Positions 50,056-58,723 of a stretch of DNA of 64,000 bases are shown one piece after another; position 1 is the stretch's first letter; each line of letters starts with the position of its first letter. A program made the position numbers and the translations under genes. A model generated the notes under the pieces. It ran no database searches. It was not told the DNA's origin and saw only the letters and a list, made by a program, of their open reading frames with translations. The stretch is from Candidatus Sulfomarinibacteraceae bacterium (GTDB lineage Bacteria; Acidobacteriota; Thermoanaerobaculia; Thermoanaerobaculales; Sulfomarinibacteraceae). Location of the stretch: contig CAWCLO010000001.1 in NCBI GenBank assembly GCA_963796455.1, forward strand, positions 448,001 to 512,000, written 5' to 3'.

Positions 50056-51558
50056 ATGGAATGGATCGTCAGTCTCATACCGGATTCCGCCCCTGACCCG
50101 ATCGCGGCACTGACCGATCCACCCGACGGGGCCGGTATTGCAGAGATCCGGATGGATCTCTTTCCCGACCTGGATCTCCAGACCGCCGTCGGCGCCTCTC
50201 GACTTCCCGTTTTGTTCACCCTCCGCTCGACGACCGAGGGGGGCCGCGGCCCCGACGATCGGGAAACACGTGCGCGGAGGATCCAGGAGGCCTGGGAGGC
50301 CGGTGCGGCACTGCTCGACCTCGAGTTCGATCGCGACCTCGAGTTGATTCGCGAATTCGGCATTCCTTCAGAGCAGGTCGTGCTTTCGTGGCACGATCAT
50401 GGCGGCACACCGGCTGATCTGATGGCGATCACCGACAGGATGTTGGCCGCCCCGGCGCGCTGGATCAAGGTTGTCCCGACAGCCCGGAGTGTTGCAGACC
50501 TGGTCGCGGTGCTGGCTCTCCACCGCCGCTTCAACGGCGGTCAACGGGCGCGGCGGCGGCTGGTGAGCTTTGCAATGGGAAACTCCGGAATCGCCAGCAG
50601 GTACCTGAGCCCCTTACTCGGTCCTCCCCTCGGATACGCCGCGTGGTCGGGCGATGCGCCCGCAGCCCCGGGTCAGATTTCGATTGCGGCGATGGAGGCT
50701 GTCATATCCCACCTCGACGGTCCGCCGCAACGGCTCTATGGGGTCATCGGTGAAAATGTTTCGCAGAGCCTCAGCCCCGTCCTCCACGCCGCTGCATACC
50801 GCAAACTGGGTCTTCCAAATCTGCTGTTGCCGATAACCGTCACAAATCCCGACGAGTTGGCGGATCTCTTCACTCCCCGCGGCTCCACCGTATTCGAAGC
50901 ATGCGGGCTCGACCCTTGGGGGTGGGCAGTGACCACGCCCTACAAATCGCACGCGGCTGCCGCAGCCGACCGCCACGCACCCAGGGTTCTGCGAGCGGCC
51001 GCCGCCAACACACTGATCCTCGGACCGGAACATGTCACCGCCGAAAACACCGATGCCGACGGCGTCGCGGGTTCTTTGATCACGATGGGCGTTGACCCCA
51101 GAGGCCGCATCGCCGTCGTCCAGGGCACTGGAGGAGCGGCACGAGGTGCTGCCGTTGGTCTCGATCTCGCAGGGGCCGACGTGATCCTTCGCGGCCGCTC
51201 GGCCAAAACCACAGCGGCGATCGCCGAGGAAATCGGTGTCGGCCACTGTGCTTCGAACGAGGCACCGGAGGGTGCGTCGATTCTCGTCAACGCCACCCCG
51301 CTGGGCGGTGATGCAACCGATGCGGTCCCTTTCAGCGACCACGAAATCTCAGTCGCGAAGGCCATCGTGGATATGGTTTACACAGATCACGCGACGGAAC
51401 TGGTAGCCAAGGCACACGAGCACGGCGTAGCGGTCGCCGATGGCAGAGAGGTTTTGCTCCACCAGGGCATCGCCCAGTTCGCGGCCTTCAACCAGACCGT
51501 CCCACCAAAGGACGCTATGAGAGCAGCGCTCGAGCGCCGTTCGAACTCGAAGTTCTGA
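50056..51558 (+). CDS. aroDE: Bifunctional type I 3-dehydroquinate dehydratase / shikimate dehydrogenase
   Basis: EIRMD, TLRS..EGG, SWHD and AAPGQ; SLSP.LH, VTTPYK, NTD, GTGGAAR and NATPLG. Confidence 0.88.
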   Translation: MEWIVSLIPDSAPDPIAALTDPPDGAGIAEIRMDLFPDLDLQTAVGASRLPVLFTLRSTTEGGRGPDDRETRARRIQEAWEAGAALLDLEFDRDLELIREFGIPSEQVVLSWHDHGGTPADLMAITDRMLAAPARWIKVVPTARSVADLVAVLALHRRFNGGQRARRRLVSFAMGNSGIASRYLSPLLGPPLGYAAWSGDAPAAPGQISIAAMEAVISHLDGPPQRLYGVIGENVSQSLSPVLHAAAYRKLGLPNLLLPITVTNPDELADLFTPRGSTVFEACGLDPWGWAVTTPYKSHAAAAADRHAPRVLRAAAANTLILGPEHVTAENTDADGVAGSLITMGVDPRGRIAVVQGTGGAARGAAVGLDLAGADVILRGRSAKTTAAIAEEIGVGHCASNEAPEGASILVNATPLGGDATDAVPFSDHEISVAKAIVDMVYTDHATELVAKAHEHGVAVADGREVLLHQGIAQFAAFNQTVPPKDAMRAALERRSNSKF

Positions 51559-51586
51559 GTTCGGAATTCGGAATTCGGAGTTCGAC
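51545..51586. repeat. Heptamer array (GAGTTCG/GAATTCG)n
   Basis: GAGTTCGGAATTCGGAATTCGGAGTTCG at the aroDE stop. Confidence 0.65.
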
Positions 51587-51639
51587 TCCTCCATCCGGCA
51601 GCCAGGGCGGTCAACCCGGCAACAACTCAATCGACGAAC

Positions 51640-51893
51640 AAAATCTGTTGAACGACCCGGAGTTGCCCCGCCGTCCCTGCACCTGATCGCTGGCTCTGAA
51701 CACTGATTGCTGCCCCCTGTCGCTGTTTGCTGTCTTCTGTTCGCTGTCGCTGACGCTGACGCTGGACACTGTCGCTGCCGCTGCAATTCGGGTACGGACG
51801 CGGGACAACCGCATACCCGATAAACCAGAAGCCAACCCGTAAGGTGTCGTTCAGTGGGCAACCTCACATCATGATTCGTTTTGTACGGTAGTG
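51640..51893 (-). mobile_element. Diverged partial copy of the CACT-TIR element
   Basis: TCTGTTGAACGACCCGG, TCGCTG arm, GCTGCAATTCGG, CCAACCCGTAA and degenerate end GTTTTGTACGGTAGTG. Confidence 0.7.
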
Positions 51894-51932
51894 TTTCCAG
51901 ACCCCGAAGTCAGAAATTGTACGACCGCGGCC

Positions 51933-52901
51933 TCAGCGCATCCCTACGGCCCTGCGCACCTCATCCATCAGCGGTCCGGCCGTCTCGCGAGCCTTTTCAG
52001 CCCCGGCAGAAAGAATCCGTTCAACCTCGGCCGGGTCACCCACAAGCTCTTCGTAGCGGGCGCGGGCCTCGCCGAAGGTCTGAAGGTAGTAATCGAAGAG
52101 GCGCTTCTTCATGTCGCCGTAACCAACGCCGCCCTCGCGAAAGGCCTTTTCAATCCATGCCTTCTCAGTCGCGTCCGGCGCAAAAAGCTTGAGCAGGTCG
52201 TAAAGGGGGTTGTCCTCGGTCGGCTTTGGTTCCTCCACCGGGGTCGAATCCGTGACGATCGACATGATCTTCTTTCGGATCGGTTTTTCGGGCCCGAAGA
52301 TATCGATCGTATTGTCGTAGGATTTACTCATCTTGCGACCGTCCAGCCCGGGGACCACCGCCACATCGGCGAGGATCAATGGATCCGGAAGAACAAAGAC
52401 TTCTTCGCCATAGGTCGCATGGAAGGAGGCTGCCACATCGCGGGTCACCTCGAGGTGTTGCTTCTGGTCTTTGCCGACCGGCACCAAGCCGCTCTTGACG
52501 ATGAGAATATCTGCCGCCATCAGTACCGGATAGGCAAAAAGACCGTGGTTCGGGACAACACCCTGCGCAACCTTGTCCTTGAAGGAATGACAACGCTGCA
52601 ACAGCCCCATCGAAGTTACCGACGACAGATACCACGAGAGCTCCGTCACCTCTGGCAAATCGGACTGGCGATAGATGACGCTTCGAGACGGATCGAGACC
52701 GAGGGCAAGAAAACCGGTCGCCAGATCGCCGACCAGACCGCGCAGGCGATCGGCGTCCTGCACCGTGGTCAGTGCGTGGAGGTCCGCCAGAAAATAGTAG
52801 CAGTCATGCTCCTCCTGCAACCGGAGGAACTGCCGGATGGCACCGAAGTAATTTCCGATGTGGAGGTTGCCCGAGGGTTGAACACCCGAAAGAACACGCA
52901 T
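51933..52901 (-). CDS. trpS: Tryptophan--tRNA ligase
   Basis: SGVQPSG, HIGN, YPVLMAADIL, GKDQKQH and KMSKS. Confidence 0.98.
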   Translation of the reverse strand: MRVLSGVQPSGNLHIGNYFGAIRQFLRLQEEHDCYYFLADLHALTTVQDADRLRGLVGDLATGFLALGLDPSRSVIYRQSDLPEVTELSWYLSSVTSMGLLQRCHSFKDKVAQGVVPNHGLFAYPVLMAADILIVKSGLVPVGKDQKQHLEVTRDVAASFHATYGEEVFVLPDPLILADVAVVPGLDGRKMSKSYDNTIDIFGPEKPIRKKIMSIVTDSTPVEEPKPTEDNPLYDLLKLFAPDATEKAWIEKAFREGGVGYGDMKKRLFDYYLQTFGEARARYEELVGDPAEVERILSAGAEKARETAGPLMDEVRRAVGMR

Positions 52902-52993
52902 GGAAACTCCTTTTGACTCTCGCGGCCCGGAGACCCGGCCGCTGGAGGACCGGAGGGGCCGAGCGGATCATAACAAAGGTGCGGGGGGCCGAC

Positions 52994-53023
52994 AAAAAAA
53001 CCGGCCGGTGCGCCACCGGCCGG
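52994..53023 (-). terminator. Intrinsic terminator after the ferredoxin gene
   Basis: CCGGCCGGTG-loop-CACCGGCCGG with an A7 tract on the + strand (U tract on -). Confidence 0.8.
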
Positions 53024-53047
53024 CGTGTTCTCTTGTGAATTCAGCGA

Positions 53048-53281
53048 CTACTCTCCGTCGTCACCAATCGCCTCGACCGGGCACGACTCCATGGACTCTT
53101 CCATTTGCTCGTTCTCTTCGTCATTCCCCGGCTGCTTGGACACGTACGAGTAGCCTTCGTCCTCATTCGCCTCGAAATTATTCGGGGCGGTGGTTCGGCA
53201 GACGTCGCAGTCGATACAGCTTGAATCCACGTACCACTTTCCGGGTACGTTGTCTTCCAGTTTGTCAGTAGGGTCGGCCAT
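53048..53281 (-). CDS. Ferredoxin
   Basis: CIDCDVC ... CPVEAI; AAGGAG RBS. Confidence 0.92.
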   Translation of the reverse strand: MADPTDKLEDNVPGKWYVDSSCIDCDVCRTTAPNNFEANEDEGYSYVSKQPGNDEENEQMEESMESCPVEAIGDDGE

Positions 53282-53370
53282 CTCGCACTCCTTTCCAGCG
53301 GGCTGTTCCCGCGCATCGGCGGGATAATACCACCCGCACCTCGGTTGTCAATTCTCTTTTTGATTCGGCT

Positions 53371-54480
53371 TCATCTGGGCGCAATCTCAAACGGTCGTCG
53401 ATTGACGCGGCGGAAGGGCTCCGATGAGCTTCCATCCGCCTTGGCTTCAGACGACGGCCACTGGCATTCAACATTATAGGGGTAGGCAAAGGCCGGCAGG
53501 ATCGCGGTGGGATCCTGGGTCCTGTTGTCGATATAGTTCCCGTAGACCGTCATTCCGACCACCGGGTCGGTGCCCGAAGACGTCCAGGCGATGATCGAGA
53601 CATCGACTCGGATGTCCTTGGGGGCCGAAGCGAAACCAAACAAATTCAGGAGGAAGCTGTCGAACTGGGTGTGGGACGCCGGAGGCATCGAGAACACGTA
53701 GATCAAAGGGTCGCCGTTGAGGTCGAGAAACGCTGATCCGTCACCCTGAAACGCTTGGATCGTCACCGTGATCGCGGTCAGCGGATCGGACGCGTTCATG
53801 ACACCGAGGTTGTAGCGAAAGTCTTCGTTCTCCGTGCCACCGGTCATGACCAGGAAACTGAAGTCGGTTTCTTCAGTCACGGCCGACGAGTCGGCCAGGT
53901 TATACCAGGGTAAACCGGGCAGGGTCTGGCCAAAGGTCCCCACGACCGGCAGGAACTCCCCTTCGTTGGCGGGATCCTCCTGGTAGTAGCTGAAGGGGGT
54001 GTAGTCGCGCGAATTGACGATCGCGTTTTTGTAGACACGCGTCCCGTCGTCTTCCAGGCTGCCGGCCTCATAGGCGAAGATAACCAGACCGCCGAAATTG
54101 GTGCCGTTCTCCGTTCCCCAGTAGAGTCCGATCGGATCTTCAATCACCACGGTACCGCCGGGAGGAATGTCGCGGAGCGATTCGTTGATGAAGCCGAAGC
54201 CATCGGCCTCGCGCCCACCGAGCCACAGCGATCGATCGATGAACGCATTGCTGTTCGAGATCAACCCCGACTGGATGTACACAACGGCAATATCGATGGA
54301 AGCTTCGGTTTCGACGTTGGTGATGTAAAGATCTGATCGCCACTCGGTCCCGTTCGCCCCACTGGTGTGAGCGATTGCGGGCAGATAAATCAAGTCGGCG
54401 GCCTGAAACTGAGCATCCGCCGGCATCGCGGCGAAGAACATAGACATGACAAGAGCTGTCATCAGCCCCTTACGGATCAT
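53371..54480 (-). CDS. Secreted hypothetical protein
   Basis: Signal peptide; LPAIAHTSGANGTEWRSDL and IDNRTQDP motifs; GGAGG RBS. Confidence 0.75.
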   Translation of the reverse strand: MIRKGLMTALVMSMFFAAMPADAQFQAADLIYLPAIAHTSGANGTEWRSDLYITNVETEASIDIAVVYIQSGLISNSNAFIDRSLWLGGREADGFGFINESLRDIPPGGTVVIEDPIGLYWGTENGTNFGGLVIFAYEAGSLEDDGTRVYKNAIVNSRDYTPFSYYQEDPANEGEFLPVVGTFGQTLPGLPWYNLADSSAVTEETDFSFLVMTGGTENEDFRYNLGVMNASDPLTAITVTIQAFQGDGSAFLDLNGDPLIYVFSMPPASHTQFDSFLLNLFGFASAPKDIRVDVSIIAWTSSGTDPVVGMTVYGNYIDNRTQDPTAILPAFAYPYNVECQWPSSEAKADGSSSEPFRRVNRRPFEIAPR

Positions 54481-54524
54481 TCAAACCTCCCGGGGTGCTC
54501 GGTGAGATACTTCTTCTCAACCGA

Positions 54525-55877
54525 TCACTCGCCTATCTTGACAGTTTCATCGGAGATCGGCAAGACGACCCGCGCTTCGAATCCGTGCGGATCGAGATTC
54601 GCAAGCTCGATGTGGCCTCCCTGCGCATGCACGAACCGCTCGGCGATCGCCAACCCGAGGCCGCTTCCACCCCTCCGGCGGGTATAAAACGCCTTCCGGA
54701 CGCGCTCCATTTCCTGTTGCGGTATCCCGTCGCCCCGATCCCGAACCACCATGGTCGCGAAGGACGCATCAGCCTCGGCAAAAAGCTCGACCACGCGGCG
54801 ATCGGCGGGTAGAGCCCGTACTGCCTGCACCGCGTTGAGCACGAGATTGAGGAGGACCTGCCGGAGTTGGCCCCCATCAGAACGAACCTTGACGGTGGAA
54901 AGCCCCGGCTTGACCCGAAGGTGCACTCCGAGCGCCTTGGCCTCATTGGTGAGAAAGCCTCCGACGTCCTCGAGAATCGTGTCGACCCTGATGGCTTCGA
55001 ATTCAGGCTCGGTGGGCCGCGCATAGGTCAGAAAATCGCTCACCAAACTGGCCAGACGTCCGACTTCGGCACGGGTGCTGGCGAGCGATTCGCGGGCATT
55101 GGCTCCCTCGGACGCAAGATCTTCATCCAGAAGTTCGAGATTGAGGTTGATCGAATTGAGAGGATTCCGGATCTCGTGGGCCAAATTGGCTGCCAGTGCG
55201 CCGAGGGCGGCCAGTTCTTCGGCCTCGAAGCGCTGCGCCTCGAGGCGGCGAGTCCTCTGAATCAGCATCCAGACAAGAGCAAAGGCGAGAACCAGAGTGG
55301 CCACCGTGAGCACGGCGATTCGAATCGTCTGCGACAAAAGATCCCCGCGGAGTACCGAGACCCGCTCGGCGACCTCTGCAGGATCAACATTGAGGATCAC
55401 ATTGCCGACTTCACCAAGAGGCACGGCAATCCGATAAGGATTTTCGGTTTCGATCACCTTTTCATCGGACAGCATTCCTTGAAGATCGAGATCCTCGGCC
55501 AGTGCATCGGGGATCTCTTCAGTACTCTGACTCTTTGATGAGAACACAACTCTGCCATCGGCATCAGTGACTTCGATGGACTTCCAGATTCTGCGTTCGG
55601 GGTCGCCCTCGAGGGTGCGTGTCAGGACCTCGCGTCGAGTTTCCACCACATCGAGTTCCTTGACTTCCATTCCCCCGAGTTCGGCGGCGATGCGGCGAGC
55701 TTCCTCACGCCCTCCGGCGAGCACATCTTCGAGGTACCTTTTGGACAGCGACCCGGAAATCAGGTGCCCAAATAGCAGAATGATACCGAGCACGAGCAAC
55801 AGAAAGACCGCAGCCGCGACTGCATACTGCAGACTGAGTGTGCTCCGTGTGCCGTTGATGCGCTCCATATCGGCCAT
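54525..55877 (-). CDS. Sensor histidine kinase (no adjacent response regulator)
   Basis: AHEIRNPL, LNLVLNA, DRGDG and GSGLGL. Confidence 0.92.
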   Translation of the reverse strand: MADMERINGTRSTLSLQYAVAAAVFLLLVLGIILLFGHLISGSLSKRYLEDVLAGGREEARRIAAELGGMEVKELDVVETRREVLTRTLEGDPERRIWKSIEVTDADGRVVFSSKSQSTEEIPDALAEDLDLQGMLSDEKVIETENPYRIAVPLGEVGNVILNVDPAEVAERVSVLRGDLLSQTIRIAVLTVATLVLAFALVWMLIQRTRRLEAQRFEAEELAALGALAANLAHEIRNPLNSINLNLELLDEDLASEGANARESLASTRAEVGRLASLVSDFLTYARPTEPEFEAIRVDTILEDVGGFLTNEAKALGVHLRVKPGLSTVKVRSDGGQLRQVLLNLVLNAVQAVRALPADRRVVELFAEADASFATMVVRDRGDGIPQQEMERVRKAFYTRRRGGSGLGLAIAERFVHAQGGHIELANLDPHGFEARVVLPISDETVKIGE

Positions 55878-56042
55878 TCTGACCTTATCCTCGCCCGGGC
55901 GCACGGACTCCTCCTTGCGGGACCATCCGCTGAACACAGTGTTTTAAGGGCCCCAAGGCCGCCATGCCCCGTTTCATGCCTCGGCCGACGCAAGGGTCAT
56001 GCCAGTGCCCTGCAGCACAATCCAGGGCGGATCCAGGAGCAC

Positions 56043-57194
56043 CTACAGGCCGCAGGCGGTTCGCAGATCCCCGGTCCGGTGGGTCCGCTCCCATGTGAAC
56101 TCCGGCTCATCACGACCGAAGTGTCCAAAAGCAGCTGTCTTTTTGAAAATCGGGCGCAACAAGTCGAGATCCTCGATGATGCCAAGCGGCGACAGCGGGA
56201 AGACCTCACGAACCGCCGCGGTGATTCGATCATCCGGCACCTCACCGGTACCAAAACTGTCGACCATGACCGAAACCGGATCAACCACACCGATCGCATA
56301 TGCCAGCTGAACTTCGACCCGGCTCGCGAGACCGGAAGCGACGACATTCTTGGCCACGTGCCGCGCCATGTATGAGGCGGAGCGATCGACCTTTGTCGGG
56401 TCCTTTCCGGAAAACGCGCCGCCACCGTGCGATCCGACACCACCATAGGTATCAACAATGATCTTCCGGCCCGTGAGGCCGCAGTCCCCCTGCGGTCCAC
56501 CAATGACAAAACGGCCTGTCGGGTTGATGTGAATTTTGGTTTGCTCATCGAGCATCGATGCGGGAATTGTTTCCTCGATCACGCGGGTTCGAATATCGTC
56601 ACGGATCTCGTCGATCGTCACGTCTTCAGAATGCTGGCAAGACACCACGATGGCTTCGATCCGTCGCGGCGAATCTCCGTCATATTCGATCGAGACCTGC
56701 GATTTGCCGTCCGGGCGAAGCCAGTCGATCGCGCCGCTCCGACGAGAACTGCTCAGTTTTCGGGTGAGTTGGTGCGCCATGATCAGCGGCATCGGCATGA
56801 GTTCGGGGGTCTCGTTGGTCGCAAAACCGAACATCAGACCCTGGTCCCCTGCACCGCCCGGATTGACACCCTGCGCAATATCGGGAGACTGCGGATCGAT
56901 CGACGAAATCACCGCGCAGGTTTCGTAGTCAAAACCGAATTTCGCGCGGGTGTAACCGATCTCCCGAATCGTCTCGCGCACGATGGCGGGAAAATCGACA
57001 TAGGTCTTGGTGGTGATCTCGCCGGCGATGAAGGCGAGACCGGTGGTCACGAGGGTCTCGCACGCCACCCGTCCGTTGACGTCCTCAGCCAGCACGGCGT
57101 CGAGGATCGCGTCCGAGATCTGGTCGGCGATCTTGTCAGGGTGGCCCTCGGTCACCGATTCCGATGTGAAGACATGTCGTCCGATGGGTGCCAT
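56043..57194 (-). CDS. metK: S-adenosylmethionine synthetase
   Basis: [17 protein letters not shown] and GGGAFSGKD. Confidence 0.98.
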   Translation of the reverse strand: MAPIGRHVFTSESVTEGHPDKIADQISDAILDAVLAEDVNGRVACETLVTTGLAFIAGEITTKTYVDFPAIVRETIREIGYTRAKFGFDYETCAVISSIDPQSPDIAQGVNPGGAGDQGLMFGFATNETPELMPMPLIMAHQLTRKLSSSRRSGAIDWLRPDGKSQVSIEYDGDSPRRIEAIVVSCQHSEDVTIDEIRDDIRTRVIEETIPASMLDEQTKIHINPTGRFVIGGPQGDCGLTGRKIIVDTYGGVGSHGGGAFSGKDPTKVDRSASYMARHVAKNVVASGLASRVEVQLAYAIGVVDPVSVMVDSFGTGEVPDDRITAAVREVFPLSPLGIIEDLDLLRPIFKKTAAFGHFGRDEPEFTWERTHRTGDLRTACGL

Positions 57195-57366
57195 CTCTCC
57201 TCCTTGAGCAGCGCGGTGCGTTCACGACCAGGCGGTCCGATGACGAGAACGCGCACACTGAAGAACCCCAAAGGTATCACCGGCATTTCCGGATGGTCAA
57301 TGTTCAGGATGCTGGATGCTAGATGCTCGATGCTGGATCTCTGATTCAGAATTCAGGTTGCAAAAT

Positions 57367-57739
57367 CACTCGAGTCCAAAAGAGTGCCATCGGACAGCGT
57401 TCAGGGACAGGGTCAGCGAACGGGAGTCAGCGTCAGCGTTCAGTCATCATCGGCCATCGTCGGCGACAGGGTCAGTCTGACTGGCATCGAGATCCGAAAT
57501 CACGACCTCCGGTTGAGCTAACGCCACGCCGTCACGGCACCAGATCGCTGCGGCTGAACACTGGACACTGTTGCCTGTCGCTGACGCTGGATCCTGACGC
57601 TGGACCCTGTCGCTGCCGCTGCAATTCGGGATCGGGATCGAGAACGTGCCAACCGCCAACCGAATATGCCAGAAACCAACCCGTAAACCACGTGTTGTCA
57701 GGTGAGTAACTTCATGACAATCTGCTTTGGACAGCAGTG
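57367..57739 (-). mobile_element. Deleted copy of the CACT-TIR element, flanked by AT on both sides
   Basis: CACTCGAGTCCAAAA ... TTTGGACAGCAGTG; shared 32-bp core at 57673-57704; GATGCT array at about 57307-57337 and GCATCC array at about 57742-57770. Confidence 0.8.
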
Positions 57740-57809
57740 ATCCAGCATCCTGCATCCTGCATCCTGTATCGTAAATCTCCGGTCTGGGTCGGAAATCGAG
57801 GGGAGTTTC

Positions 57810-58475
57810 ATGGCAAAAAGGTGGAATGAGAAGACCATCCGAGAGATGGTCTCGCGGCTCGAGGTATTTCGCCGCACCTGCCGGGTAACGACTCTGGCCG
57901 AAGAACAACGTGAACGGTCCCCTTACCGCCTCCTTGCCGCGTGCGTGATCTCTCTGCGGACCAAAGACGAAGTCACGGCAGAGGCCAGCAGGAGGCTGTT
58001 TGCCATTGCCCCGACGCCGGCCGCGTTGTCCGCCCTCGAAGAGGAAGCTATCGCCACCGCCATTTACCCAGCCGGGTTTTACAACACCAAGGCCGGTCAA
58101 CTCAAAAAGATCGGCCGCATCATTTCCGAGCAGCACGGTGGCGAAGTTCCGGCCAGCGAAGAGGATCTGTTGAGGATGCCCGGGGTCGGTCGCAAAACAG
58201 CGAATCTCGTGCTCGGTCTCGGTTTCGAAATCCCCGCAATCTGCGTTGACACGCACGTCCACCGCATCTCGAATCGACTCGGTATGATTGCCACCAAAAC
58301 GCCCGAAAAGAGTGAGCAGGCGCTCAACCGGATGCTGCCGCGCGATCTCTGGATTCCCATCAACGATCTGTTGGTGACCTTCGGGCAGAATTGTTGCCAC
58401 CCGACCTCACCTCATTGCAGCACATGCCCTCTCGAGGACCTCTGCCCCCGCATCAGCGTCACACGCTCCCGCTGA
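57810..58475 (+). CDS. nth: Endonuclease III
   Basis: SLRTKD, PGVGRKTANLV, VDTHV and a C-terminal Fe-S Cys cluster. Confidence 0.95.
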   Translation: MAKRWNEKTIREMVSRLEVFRRTCRVTTLAEEQRERSPYRLLAACVISLRTKDEVTAEASRRLFAIAPTPAALSALEEEAIATAIYPAGFYNTKAGQLKKIGRIISEQHGGEVPASEEDLLRMPGVGRKTANLVLGLGFEIPAICVDTHVHRISNRLGMIATKTPEKSEQALNRMLPRDLWIPINDLLVTFGQNCCHPTSPHCSTCPLEDLCPRISVTRSR

Positions 58476-58711
58476 AGTTTCGAGTTTTGATGCTTGAGTT
58501 ACGTCTTCTTTTCTCTGCACCCGATAGCAAGTGCGTGAGTCGTAGAATTGATAGCTCAGCGCCATGAATAAACCTGATCGTCAATGGAATTGTGAGTCGC
58601 GGCATCCACAGGACGGGGCCTGTCCCGCCCTTTCCCGAGTCCTCAATTGTCGTTTGGGATTCGCGAGTTCTGCACGAGCCTCATCTCAAAACTCATAACT
58701 CAAAACTCAAA
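58476..58711. repeat. Inverted heptamer arrays (GAGTTTT)n ... (AAAACTC)n
   Basis: 58476-58500 versus 58685-58711. Confidence 0.6.
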
Positions 58712-58723
58712 CCTGATCGATGG

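Noticed and set aside
52902..53047. T-box leader upstream of trpS
   Set aside because: Spacer too short and no T-box motif; the hairpin is the ferredoxin terminator.
57195..57300. SAM riboswitch upstream of metK
   Set aside because: No SAM-I or SAM-II consensus recognised by eye; the adjacent DNA is the repeat element.
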